Below, piece after piece: positions 28,801-38,165 of a stretch of 64,000 nucleotides of DNA (its first letter is position 1; every line of letters starts with the position of its first letter). The DNA lies in contig CAZTZR010000002.1 of NCBI GenBank assembly GCA_964618145.1, forward strand, positions 384 to 64,383, read 5' to 3'. The stretch is from an uncultured Kofleriaceae bacterium (lineage in GTDB: Bacteria > Myxococcota_A > Polyangia > HGW-17). The notes beneath the pieces were generated by a model. The model saw only the letters and a program-made list of their open reading frames with translations. It ran no database searches and had not been told where the DNA came from. The translations under genes were made by a program, and so were the position numbers.

Positions 28801-30848
28801 GAACTGTTGGGGTAATCCCGGATTACTTCCATATAGTAGGCAATCACCCGTTCAAATTCTTCCAGGGCCTTTTTGGACAATTTGGCCTTTTCCGCTCCCG
28901 TGGCCTCCTTGGCCTGGTCCCCGACCTGCATTGCCTGGGAAATCATGGCCTGGCCAGTATCAATCAAGGCATATACCCGAATCCGGAGCAGTTCTTCACG
29001 CAGTTGATCCAGGGTCATGGCCCGCAACCGGACATTTTTTTTCATATTTTCATTCAAAAATCTCTGATGGGAGATGAGATATTGCTGGATTTCATCATTG
29101 GTAAAGGCTTTGTTCACAGCAAACTGGTAGATTTCCCTCTTCTTGTCCTGCCAGGTACTCAGTTGCCCACGCAGGGTGTTCTTGTCCCTCTCCGAACGGA
29201 CTTCGATAATCTCCCGCTCGATGGCCTGAATCTTCATGTCAATCAGGGAAATCATGTTCCAGAAGATGGCCGGCTTGTCCGGATTGTGTCTCCATCCGCC
29301 TTCCACCGTCATGTTGCGAAAAATGTAATCATACAGTTCATAGGCAAAGTTGTAGTCCGTTTCCGAACGTTGATAGGTCCGGTTTTCCTCATATCCCATG
29401 AAGAAATCCGCCACACCTTTCCATATGCGCTTGACGTGGGGCTCATTTTCCCTGCCCTTGTAAAAGGTGGTCAGTTTTTTCATCGGGCATTTGTCAGTGC
29501 ATTTGACTTCGAAGGGTGCTGTCCAACTGAACTGCCGCTCCGGATCACTTTCCCCTTCGATGTATTTCTCCTCCTGAAGCAAAAAACCGATGTATTTGAT
29601 GGCAGCTTCATGGGGACTGTTTTCATCGAGATTCTGCCCCATGAGAACGACCTGATCGAACAATTGCATTCCCAATGCCGAGTTGATGTCGTTCTGGTAC
29701 ATCATGAGGCCGGAAAAATACACGATATAGCCACGGGTGGAGAGGGAGCGGAATTCCGGGCCAAGAGCCTGCTTGTATGCGGAAAGGGAATACCACTTGG
29801 TCAGGGCCAGATTGAAGAGCACCTCCCGGTCTGAACGGGCCTCTGCAAGAAATCCCAGTCCATTGGTGGCCGAAAGATACTTGCCGAGGGTGGCCCAGGC
29901 AGTCCCCAGAAACTCCGTATTGCCCTTGATGGGACGACAGGTGGCAAAGGGGTCGAAAGGGAGATGGGCGGGGAAGTCCGTAATGGTCCACTGCGTATAA
30001 TCCCCCATGGCGGTGGGGGGCATGACTTCCAGGCCCTTGCGGGTCAAAAACGTACGCAGATCATCGGAAAAGGGGGAAAAACCCCAGTTGCCACAAACCG
30101 AAGCCAGGGACAACTTTGCAGGCATGATCTCGTCAGGATCATCCAGGGAAAACGGAGGTTTCTCGTAGATGCGGGCCAGAAGGTGCAGAACCGACCCGAT
30201 ATCCCTGAACTGGGGGTAGTGAATGACCAGTTTGCGGAGGTTTTCCTCACTTTTTTTACGGAAAAAATCAATTCCCATGTCCGCTTCCGCCGGACGCACG
30301 GTCCCCTTGGCCAGTTCATGGGCACGCTTCAGGATGTCCTGATATTCTTCGTCGTAGATTTCCTTCCCGGTGGCTTCATCGTTGGAGATGTAATACAAAA
30401 ACAATTCTTCCGCGATCTCCTGGTAGATGACCGCCGTCCGCCACAGAAGTTCCGGTGTCCAGGTGGGATCCGGGTTCTTTTCGTATTTGTCCAGCCGCTG
30501 TTCCAGAAGGCGCAACAATTTGGCGCGTTCCACGATATCCCGGGCCTTGGCCAGACGACTTTCCTGATCCACCTGGGCCCGCTGGAATTTTTCCTCGTTG
30601 CTTTTCTGGCGTCGAACGAGATAATCCGCCGTTTCGGAAAAGCGGATGATTCCTTCCTTGTATAAAAGGTAGTCCCTTCGAAGTGCATCAATTTCCTTTT
30701 GAACCAAAGGATTTTCGGTTTTCTGTGGAATTTCCGCCTTTTCCGGTTCCTTTTCAGGCTCGGGCTTTTTCGGTTTTGCCTGCGCCATGACCAGGGAAGG
30801 ACCGAACAACAGGCCGGAAAAAAGAAAAACAATGAATCGGATTTTCAT
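25821..30848 (-). CDS. Giant (1675 aa) secreted alpha-helical TPR/coiled-coil protein
   Basis: Signal peptide MKIRFIVFLFSGLLFGPSLVMAQA. Almost entirely helical repeat sequence. Stop overlaps the downstream gene start region by 12 bp; start overlaps the upstream gene stop by 4 bp. Confidence 0.65.
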   Translation of the reverse strand: MKIRFIVFLFSGLLFGPSLVMAQAKPKKPEPEKEPEKAEIPQKTENPLVQKEIDALRRDYLLYKEGIIRFSETADYLVRRQKSNEEKFQRAQVDQESRLAKARDIVERAKLLRLLEQRLDKYEKNPDPTWTPELLWRTAVIYQEIAEELFLYYISNDEATGKEIYDEEYQDILKRAHELAKGTVRPAEADMGIDFFRKKSEENLRKLVIHYPQFRDIGSVLHLLARIYEKPPFSLDDPDEIMPAKLSLASVCGNWGFSPFSDDLRTFLTRKGLEVMPPTAMGDYTQWTITDFPAHLPFDPFATCRPIKGNTEFLGTAWATLGKYLSATNGLGFLAEARSDREVLFNLALTKWYSLSAYKQALGPEFRSLSTRGYIVYFSGLMMYQNDINSALGMQLFDQVVLMGQNLDENSPHEAAIKYIGFLLQEEKYIEGESDPERQFSWTAPFEVKCTDKCPMKKLTTFYKGRENEPHVKRIWKGVADFFMGYEENRTYQRSETDYNFAYELYDYIFRNMTVEGGWRHNPDKPAIFWNMISLIDMKIQAIEREIIEVRSERDKNTLRGQLSTWQDKKREIYQFAVNKAFTNDEIQQYLISHQRFLNENMKKNVRLRAMTLDQLREELLRIRVYALIDTGQAMISQAMQVGDQAKEATGAEKAKLSKKALEEFERVIAYYMEVIRDYPNSSMEYTSMYNILIIYHSYIIDLASSEEQRREFIQTALNWGRRVRDSHLGSRHQRDAAEMIYSIYDQKMDLKIPEPPFDVKDEDKKVRYEPRELTADFKDYIQDAYEYMKIFPAHNNSPVFFNNIADIYLHFGQIEEARKLYWQILEKYCTHTAAMNASIKLFLSYKFQDVDPAAQSTFVAEREAAIKRLEKQKCGGDKEHRELMMMISALEFNELVKKAEDVFAEAEALKKDGKNDTKKWRETLLIYRQLETMMKDRRPDDKETAKVREFEKNLFGVYWKIYTCYKELGDYPGAIEILHRRIYEEPTGRMMALAHEEAYKQEILFELAQAATKFFMEDLALKMWQELTVVKAGAWRIRRAGGKIDTREESTYRILAEENLFSIYRTGGPKQFNRALAQADRLLEIFRKGKKTYNRVFEVSENDMLKQVAQRMGVSEENLENFYMVRPECSGGKCRVTVSDKTLFYTDIVFNMHMDELARKTSSETVVRDIISRIEQYEKFLDGYVPLAKVKSKENESMWKARLDLMFRKANHWKMLQALQTRHADRAKKAGEEYVKLLEEYKQLYDQGVREGLDPGIMVINYAIALIQFAENALVRSFENPFSEKTTVEIDAYERVAMNYQTWVKQLQGKSDEIVARFNKLEEDKNKIIQEVQAELVELVTAIQLIQKVQAEPGSVPNKDVQAAVNKYQSLNKKYPNFIKDLSASGDFAAAAQKTIMARKDITAILKEQQSLGAASQKLSPDSNSKFLRDQLPHAQKALASVKKRYSGQNNPAITKAEDILKKIKPDEGKMEDIQQLLANVLPTLAFMSVFQSATNTVTLMLGNGSALDNLARGYDWYKEQKGVFRKQVAQIKGDLLALKMQLLYRGIRAFEEAPNPVALAREAMKDEEEVKKSGCTQTKAEEKETCFLKWSQKTYYQQTYRVTIDGKEQDLAIVPLDKITDEYNKTFATLYELVEAEKLSSGLIEEALEEYRVFSGKKSLRRTYLPEVESLTR

Positions 30849-33502
30849 TTGGGTTTTCCCCCTGTGGAGGATTCTTTGGATTCTCCGGGCTTCTTTTTTT
30901 CATCCGGGGAATCTTCTTTCCGGTCGAAGGGATCCTTCATCCGGTCTTCATCGAATTTCACCTCGAACTGCTCGACTTCCCTGTACCGCTGCCTCATCTC
31001 CGTGGTGATCTGGATGTTCCGGTCATTCAACTGAATCCATTCCAGACGGGTCTTGGAACGCAGGGACCAGTTCACGTCCACCACTCCAAGATCCGATTCC
31101 ACCACCACATCATAAAAATGTTTGGCCACCTGACGGATGCTCTCCCGGGTGATTTCCCGGTTGAGAAGGCCGGATTCCTGCCGGTACTGTTGATACTGCA
31201 ATTCATAGGTCTTCAGATTGGCTTCCTCAAAATCGATCTCCTGCCTGATCTTTTCCAGCCTCTCATCCGCCATGGCCTGCAGTTTCCCGTTCAGGACATC
31301 CAGTCGTGTGTCCATGGTCGCCGCGCTGTTCATGAGCATGACCATCCTGTCATAGACAGCCATCTCCTGCGGAGAAAACCGCGACTTGACGGATTCCCAG
31401 GATGCAAACTCCCCGTTGATGGCCTGCCGGTACTTCTCCCGGACAATCCGTTCCGACTCCATGTCTGCATCATCCACACCGATATTCAGGCTGGCATCGG
31501 TGATCTGGCTGCGTACCTGTCTGGCCATTTCCAGTGCCGACTCCACATCCGCCGCCTCCTCGCGCAACTGTTCCATGAACGGCGCCAGTTGCCTTTGCCG
31601 GGCCTCGGACTGCTTTTTGTAGTATTCATACAACCCGGTGATGATTTGCTGGTATCCCTGAAGATCCTTGGCCAGATTTTCCACCTGGAGGATTTTCTCG
31701 TCGTAGACCTTCCGGCGCGTGGTCATGCGTGATTCCAGGGAATCCGTACTCTTTGGCATGGTGGAGAAGATCTTTTCCAGTTCCTGCCGTTCCTTCTCGT
31801 GTTTCTTCATCTGGCTGGCCACGTTTCCTGTCAGGTGGCGGGAAAACCTTTCCCGGGCCACCTTGAGAAGTGCCGCCCGGGCTTCCATGTTGCGGATCTC
31901 CATCTCGTACGTCTTCTGGCGGGTTTCAGCCAGCAGGGGAAAAAGTCCGATTTTGCTTGCAGACTGAAGCCTTCGCTTGACCATCTGCATGTTTTCCCGG
32001 GCCAGTTCCAGGTTCTTTCCGATTCCCGAAATATCCTCACTCAGAATGATGGCCTTCATGAGGGTCTGGTTTTCGTGGAACAGGGGAAGGCTTTCCGCCG
32101 GAATGTTGTAGCGGACCCTGAAGGCGTCCGTGGGTCCGGACGTCTCCCTTCCCGGGTCGCGGGCCCGGACGATCTGGTCAAAAAAGGCCTGTACATCGAT
32201 TTCCCCGTCAGCCAGTTTCTGCACGGTTTCGTGTACTCCACGGTAACGTTCGGCGGTTCCGTCAAAGTATTCCGTGGCTTCCTTCCACTTTTCCCCCCTG
32301 AGATTGAGATATCCCAAAAGGAGGCGGGCCCGGGGAAGAAACACACTGTTCTTGTTGCGGGCTTCCATGATGGCCAGGGTCTCGGCCGCCTTCATGACTT
32401 CTTCATCCCGGACATACACCCAGGCCATTTCATACAGGGCATCCTCGTAATGTGCCGATTTGTCGGAAATCATGCGGTACCAGCGGATGGCTTCCCCGGT
32501 TTCCCCGAGTTCATAAAAAATCCGGCCCAGGGCCATGCGGGCCAGGGCCTGCACTTCATTTTCGTCGTTATTGCGGGGCTTGAACGGTGCAAATGTCTTT
32601 CCTTCCAGTGCCAACACCGTTTCAAGCCACTTCCGGGTCACTTCGTCCGATGCCAGGATGGCAAATCTCCGGGCAGCCTCAAAGAGCAACATTTCCCGCA
32701 TTTCCGCCAGGGAAGTGGTCACTTGCGTCAGTTGGATATGGGTTCCGTCCCTCACAAAAGAAGTGGCCCCCACCTGTGCCATGTGAACCAGGGTGGCTCC
32801 GGAGTAATAGACTGCCTGGGAAAACAGTTCCGGAAAAACCGGTTGTTTGTCCCCGCCGGTTTGCGGCCGGATACGGCCGAAAAACCGAAGGGCTTCGATA
32901 AACTTTTCCTGGGCCCATACTTCCCGGCGTTCCACCGCAGGTTTCTGGAATTCTTCGTGAGCCTGGTGATAGGCAAATTTTCCGCGGGCATAGTTGACTT
33001 CGGGAGAGTCCTTCAAATCAGGCATCTGTTCCACCAGGGAAACGAGTTTTTCGATACCCCGGTAACTATGGGTCCTGATGGAGATCTCCAGCAACCGGCG
33101 AATGGCCGTGGAGCGAAAGGCCGGATCCCACCTCTGCTCCACCACCATCCAGTAATAGTCTGCCGCCACCTGGTAATTGGCACTGGCAAACATGGACTCG
33201 GACAGGTAAAAGGTGGCCTCCTTGCCCAGTTCAGGGTGTTCAATGAGGGAGAGGAAAAGTGCCGCCGCATCCTGGGGACGGTTGTTCCGGAAAAGATACA
33301 CCGCATTCAGGAAACGCTGCATGTCATCCTGACGCTTGCCTTGGGCCACCCTGGTGGCACTTTGGATCACTTCCTCCAATCGCTTGATGGCAAAATCCAG
33401 GGTGGAAAATGATTCTCCCACCTTGACCATGGAATCGGCCTGGGAAATGGCAGGCCATGCAAGCACGAACAGGGAAGCCAGAATTATCACCCGAGTCTTC
33501 AT
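30845..33502 (-). CDS. Secreted TPR + long coiled-coil protein (~885 aa)
   Basis: Signal peptide MKTRVIILASLFVLAWPAISQA with RBS AAGGA upstream of the ATG at 33502. The track's GTG at 33553 adds 17 non-signal residues. C-terminal E/K/R-rich coiled coil. Confidence 0.6.
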   Translation of the reverse strand: MKTRVIILASLFVLAWPAISQADSMVKVGESFSTLDFAIKRLEEVIQSATRVAQGKRQDDMQRFLNAVYLFRNNRPQDAAALFLSLIEHPELGKEATFYLSESMFASANYQVAADYYWMVVEQRWDPAFRSTAIRRLLEISIRTHSYRGIEKLVSLVEQMPDLKDSPEVNYARGKFAYHQAHEEFQKPAVERREVWAQEKFIEALRFFGRIRPQTGGDKQPVFPELFSQAVYYSGATLVHMAQVGATSFVRDGTHIQLTQVTTSLAEMREMLLFEAARRFAILASDEVTRKWLETVLALEGKTFAPFKPRNNDENEVQALARMALGRIFYELGETGEAIRWYRMISDKSAHYEDALYEMAWVYVRDEEVMKAAETLAIMEARNKNSVFLPRARLLLGYLNLRGEKWKEATEYFDGTAERYRGVHETVQKLADGEIDVQAFFDQIVRARDPGRETSGPTDAFRVRYNIPAESLPLFHENQTLMKAIILSEDISGIGKNLELARENMQMVKRRLQSASKIGLFPLLAETRQKTYEMEIRNMEARAALLKVARERFSRHLTGNVASQMKKHEKERQELEKIFSTMPKSTDSLESRMTTRRKVYDEKILQVENLAKDLQGYQQIITGLYEYYKKQSEARQRQLAPFMEQLREEAADVESALEMARQVRSQITDASLNIGVDDADMESERIVREKYRQAINGEFASWESVKSRFSPQEMAVYDRMVMLMNSAATMDTRLDVLNGKLQAMADERLEKIRQEIDFEEANLKTYELQYQQYRQESGLLNREITRESIRQVAKHFYDVVVESDLGVVDVNWSLRSKTRLEWIQLNDRNIQITTEMRQRYREVEQFEVKFDEDRMKDPFDRKEDSPDEKKKPGESKESSTGGKPK

Positions 33503-33549
33503 GGTTCCAATCCTTACGCTGGAAAAATGTACCGGTTGGCGGAAGTGAC

Positions 33550-34311
33550 TCACTTGGAGCCCTTGGATTCTCCGTCACCGTCCTGGACAACCAGAGCACC
33601 GGACTTCAGTTGGAATTCAATGTGCGGCCGTTGATCCAGCGGAGTGGTCCATCCACCCTTTTCAACACCCCTTACTTCAAGGATGTATTGCTTGCCGGGC
33701 TCCACATTGAATGAGTACGTATTATGAACATCCCATTTCCATTCCCTTACATACCGGAACATCCCATAGCCATTGCCCTGGTAGGTGATGAATACCCGGA
33801 ACCGTACATTTCCGGGAGAAACATGCCCCACCGGAATGGAAATCTCCTTTTTGGCCAGCGTTTCCCGGTCCTTTTCACCGGCATCACTGTAGGATGCAAT
33901 CAGTTTCCCGTCCATCATGTAGCGCAGGCGAATCATCCTGAAAGCCCCACCCATGCGGTTGAGATGGCGAATCTCGATGCGGGCTCCTCCCAGGACTGCA
34001 CCCCGCTCCACGGTCATGGCTTCCTTGAGGAGCTGCAGGCGAAACTTGGTGGCAGTAACCTTGTTTTTCAGATCTTCCACAAGTTCGGCCAACTGGCGCA
34101 ACTTCAATTCGTTGCTGGATACCTCCGCGGCCTGGATGCGATCCGGGGCGGGACTGGTATCCCGGTCTTTTTCCGTTCCCACCGTCAGGGGTACTCCCGT
34201 GACGGCCGGAGGCGTTTTCACCTCGGGAGAGGTGGGGGGTTCCTGTGCATATGTACGGCTGCCCAGCGCCAATACGAGCATCATAACTGGAAATAGGATT
34301 CGCGTTTTCAT
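33550..34311 (-). CDS. Secreted protein of unknown function (N-terminal coiled coil, beta-rich C-terminal half). First gene of the 8-gene operon.
   Basis: Signal peptide MKTRILFPVMMLVLALGSRTYAQ; RBS GAGAGG 5 nt upstream of the ATG at 34311. Confidence 0.5.
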   Translation of the reverse strand: MKTRILFPVMMLVLALGSRTYAQEPPTSPEVKTPPAVTGVPLTVGTEKDRDTSPAPDRIQAAEVSSNELKLRQLAELVEDLKNKVTATKFRLQLLKEAMTVERGAVLGGARIEIRHLNRMGGAFRMIRLRYMMDGKLIASYSDAGEKDRETLAKKEISIPVGHVSPGNVRFRVFITYQGNGYGMFRYVREWKWDVHNTYSFNVEPGKQYILEVRGVEKGGWTTPLDQRPHIEFQLKSGALVVQDGDGESKGSK

Positions 34312-34546
34312 GGTGCCTCTCAAACTCTATGGTTCATTCCCCCGGCAAAAACCGAAGATGGTGCGGCCTATATATACAATTCATTTATTTCGGGGTCAAA
34401 CCATTTTTGCAGCAGGGTTCAAACCACAAATCCAGGGGACTACCCTGGCAGGCATGACAACCGATACCCAAAGCAACAATGTGGTCAAAAAGCTGGCCAG
34501 AGGAATCGATTTTCGATACAAGTGCCACCCAGGAAGGGAAACATCC

Positions 34547-35857
34547 ATGCTCATCCAGGACATCATTGCCAGAAAACGTGACGGACAGATACTGAACCAG
34601 GAGGAAATCCGGTTTTTCATCCGGAATTACACGGACGGCCAACTCCCGGATTACCAGGCTGCCGCATTGCTCATGGCCATTTACCTCAACGGGATGAACC
34701 CGGAGGAACTCAGTTGTCTGACCCAGGCCATGCTGCACAGCGGCACCGTCGTGGATCTTTCCCACATTCCCGGATGCAAGGTCGACAAACACAGTACCGG
34801 CGGTGTGGGCGACAAGATCAGCATCCCCCTGGCACCGCTGGTGGCTGCCTGCGGCGTCCCGGTACCCATGGTTTCCGGTCGGGGCCTGGGGCATACCGGT
34901 GGCACCCTGGACAAACTGGAGTCCATCCCCGGGTTTTCCGTCAGGCTCTCCCTGGAAGATTATGCCCGTATCGTGGAAAAGGTGGGCGTGTGCATGATTG
35001 GCCAAACCCGGGAACTGGCTCCTGCCGATCGCCTGATTTATTCCCTGCGTGATGCCACGGCCACCGTTCCCTCCATCCCGCTGATTGCCTCAAGTATCAT
35101 GAGCAAAAAACTTGCCGAAGGCATTGATGCCCTCATTCTGGATGTGAAGGTCGGAACCGGGGCCTTCATGCCCACGGAGGAAAAGGCCGAGGAACTGGCC
35201 CGCACCCTGGTGGACATCGGTGTTCGGGCCGGCAAGAAGGTGACTGCCCTGCTGACCCGGATGGATGATCCCCTGGGAATCGCCGTGGGCAATGCCTGCG
35301 AAGTCATCGAGTCCATTGAAGTCCTTTCCGGGGGTGGACCACAGGACATCCGTGAACTGACTTTGCTCATGGCTTCCCATATGCTGGTCATGGGACAGGC
35401 GGCACCGGATCTGGAAAGTGCCGCAAGACGCTGCGAACAGGCCATCGCCGATGGTTCCGCCCTGGAAAAAATGCGCGCGATGATTGCCGCACAGGGTGGA
35501 AACCCGGAGGCGGTGGACCATCATGAACTTTTCGCCCGGGGTTCCGGTCATGCCCGGGTGACTGCCCCTCGATCCGGCATCATCCAGTCCGTGAACTCAA
35601 CGGAAATCGGCATGGCAGGCGTCCTTCTCGGGGCCGGCAGACGCCAGGTCAGCGATCCGGTGGACCATGGGGTCAGCCTGTTCATCCGGAAAAAAATCGG
35701 AGATCCCGTGGCACAGGGTGACACGCTTGTGGACGTACATTACAATAACGATCAAAGCCTGGCAGCTGCATTGGCCCGCATGGAACATGCCTATGTCATC
35801 ACAAATGATTCTGTAATCAAAAAACCATTGGTAATCAAAACAATTCAGGGCGGCTGA
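34547..35857 (+). CDS. deoA: Thymidine/pyrimidine-nucleoside phosphorylase
   Basis: MLIQDIIARKRDGQ N-terminus, KHSTGGVGD phosphate-binding motif, GHTGGTLDKLES. Confidence 0.88.
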   Translation: MLIQDIIARKRDGQILNQEEIRFFIRNYTDGQLPDYQAAALLMAIYLNGMNPEELSCLTQAMLHSGTVVDLSHIPGCKVDKHSTGGVGDKISIPLAPLVAACGVPVPMVSGRGLGHTGGTLDKLESIPGFSVRLSLEDYARIVEKVGVCMIGQTRELAPADRLIYSLRDATATVPSIPLIASSIMSKKLAEGIDALILDVKVGTGAFMPTEEKAEELARTLVDIGVRAGKKVTALLTRMDDPLGIAVGNACEVIESIEVLSGGGPQDIRELTLLMASHMLVMGQAAPDLESAARRCEQAIADGSALEKMRAMIAAQGGNPEAVDHHELFARGSGHARVTAPRSGIIQSVNSTEIGMAGVLLGAGRRQVSDPVDHGVSLFIRKKIGDPVAQGDTLVDVHYNNDQSLAAALARMEHAYVITNDSVIKKPLVIKTIQGG

Positions 35858-35890
35858 ACACCGGACCTGGAAATCCCCGGGGGAGGAACC

Positions 35891-37318
35891 TTGCCTGTCA
35901 CCCGATCCATTGATGCTTCCGAACTGCCATCACGATGGAGTTCCGTCTATTCCTTCAAACTTCCGTACTGGAAGGAAATCCTGCTTCTGGCCGGTCCCGT
36001 GGTGGGTGCCATGCTGGCCCAGGCCTTGGTGAACCAGGCGGACTCCATCATGGTGGGACGACTGCCTGCCGTAGACGGCGTTCCCGGCCAGAGCGCCGTG
36101 GGGCTTACCACCAAGATACTGTGGGCTTTTGGAGGATTCCTCTCCGCCATTGCCATCGGCACCCAGGCACTCACGGCACGTCGCATGGGCGAGAACAATC
36201 CAAAAACGGCCGGCGCAGTCCTCATGAACTCCTTGCTGGTGGCCTTCGTCACCTCCGGCATCGCCTCGGTGCTTGGTTTCGTGTACGGACCCACCCTGTT
36301 GTCCCTGATATCCGGGGACAATCCCGAGATCATGCGTGTGGGAGGTCCATTCATCCAGTGGCGTTTGCTGGGCATCATCACCATGGTCGTTACGACAACC
36401 TACAAGGCCTTTTTTGATGGCCTCGGGAGAACCTATGTCCATTTCGTGGCTTCCATCATCATGAATGCTACGAACATATTGTTAAACTACATGCTTATTT
36501 ACGGAAAATTGGGAGCGCCCTATCTGGGCGTCCGGGGTGCTGCCATAGCCTCGGTGTTGAGCACGGTTGTGGGATTGGCGATCATGGTCGTTTTTTCCCT
36601 CCAGCCAAAGTTGATCCGGAATCATCATCACTATACGCTTCATGCCTGGTCCGCCACCCTCATGAAGCAGGTGGTAAAATTGTCCCTGCCTTCTGGTGTT
36701 GCCACGCTTCTTCTCATGACCGGTTTTCTCATCGTGGACTGGATCGTCAGCGGTATCGGCACCGGGAGCGAACGCACCTTCATCCAGACCTCACACCAGA
36801 TTGTCATTACCATTCTGATGCCGGCCTTGATCACCTGCCTGGCTTTCGGGACTGCAACCGCCACGCTGGTTTCCCGATCCCTGGGAGAAAAGGAGTACAG
36901 GAAAGCCGAGATCTATGCCTGGGATTCCGTGAAAATATGGGGATTTGTCATGTTGGGAATTGGCATCTGGATCGCCGCCACACCTGCCTTCTGGATACGG
37001 ATCTTCAACCCCCATGAACCAGCGCTGGTGGCCGTGGCGGGTCCCGCCCTGAGAATGCTGGGAACCCTTTTGCCCCTGGTGGCCCTCGGAGTCATCCTCA
37101 TGCAGGCGCATTATGGCGCAGGAAACACCATGTTTGTCATGTCGGTGGAGTTCGGAAACCAGTTCTTCGTTCTGGTTCCGGGGACCTATCTGATGGGAAG
37201 GGTTTTGAACCAGGGTCTCATGGGGGTATGGATCGCCATCATTTTCTACCTTCTCATGATCTCCGGTTTCATGTCCGTCACGTTTTTCCGCGGAAAATGG
37301 AAATGCATCCGGATCTAA
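35891..37318 (+). CDS. MATE-family multidrug/oligosaccharidyl-lipid efflux transporter
   Basis: 12 predicted TM helices, 475 aa, MATE-like repeats (LAGPVVGAMLAQALVNQADSIMVGRL). Confidence 0.85.
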   Translation: MPVTRSIDASELPSRWSSVYSFKLPYWKEILLLAGPVVGAMLAQALVNQADSIMVGRLPAVDGVPGQSAVGLTTKILWAFGGFLSAIAIGTQALTARRMGENNPKTAGAVLMNSLLVAFVTSGIASVLGFVYGPTLLSLISGDNPEIMRVGGPFIQWRLLGIITMVVTTTYKAFFDGLGRTYVHFVASIIMNATNILLNYMLIYGKLGAPYLGVRGAAIASVLSTVVGLAIMVVFSLQPKLIRNHHHYTLHAWSATLMKQVVKLSLPSGVATLLLMTGFLIVDWIVSGIGTGSERTFIQTSHQIVITILMPALITCLAFGTATATLVSRSLGEKEYRKAEIYAWDSVKIWGFVMLGIGIWIAATPAFWIRIFNPHEPALVAVAGPALRMLGTLLPLVALGVILMQAHYGAGNTMFVMSVEFGNQFFVLVPGTYLMGRVLNQGLMGVWIAIIFYLLMISGFMSVTFFRGKWKCIRI

Positions 37319-37368
37319 GTACATTCCCCTCCTGCAACCCCCGGTTTGGCCGCCTGTCCCTGCAACCC

Positions 37369-38067
37369 ATGACACGGTTCCTCTGCCTCGCCATCCTTTT
37401 TTCCGCCGGCTGCATCGAAAGCCGTTCCTACCTCACCACCCGGCACCGGCACCTGCACTACGAAGTGGAGGTGAAACCAAACATCCGGAAGGAAATCCGT
37501 GTCACACACGAAGTATCGGACAACCGGCTGACACTTTTTTTCGAAGAAATCAGTTACTGCCGCCATGTACAGTACGACGTGGAAAAAATGAGCCTCATCC
37601 GGACTGAAACGCGACCCGGATCCCTGTATTACATGGCCTTGGGTTCCCTGGTTGCCGCTCTTTCCGTCCCGTCGTATTACATGGGAATTGCAAAGAGTTC
37701 GGGCACCGCACGGGCCATTCATTTCTCTGTGGGAACCGGACTTTTCCTGGGACCCGGACTGGCCCTCGGCGGCTATGGTGCCTGGAAATTCCTGGAAGAG
37801 GAAACTGTCTCCGAGGACATTGGCAATGTCAGGCGCGAAGTGAAAAACACGGATTTTTCCTGTGGCCAGGGACCTCCTCCTGAAGGGGCCCGGGTGGAAG
37901 TACTGACGCGCACGGGACATGTGGACCTTGGAATTTTGCCTGTCAACGGCCGTATCACTGCGGATCTGGCGCGTTTGTCTCCCATGGTGAACGATCAGAC
38001 CGGAAAAGCCTACCTGGATGTTTTCGTCAATTCCATGCGAATCGGAACCATCGTAATTTCTGAATAA
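37369..38067 (+). CDS. Lipoprotein of unknown function
   Basis: Signal peptide plus lipobox (LFSAGC). The track start at 37228 overlaps the MATE gene and was trimmed. Confidence 0.5.
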   Translation: MTRFLCLAILFSAGCIESRSYLTTRHRHLHYEVEVKPNIRKEIRVTHEVSDNRLTLFFEEISYCRHVQYDVEKMSLIRTETRPGSLYYMALGSLVAALSVPSYYMGIAKSSGTARAIHFSVGTGLFLGPGLALGGYGAWKFLEEETVSEDIGNVRREVKNTDFSCGQGPPPEGARVEVLTRTGHVDLGILPVNGRITADLARLSPMVNDQTGKAYLDVFVNSMRIGTIVISE

Positions 38068-38165
38068 TTACATATATTTACAGATTTCTTGGACCGAAAA
38101 TTCGCGACCCTTCGCCGGTTCATGTAAATCTGACTGGCGTTGAAACACGCAAAAAGGAGCTGCCC

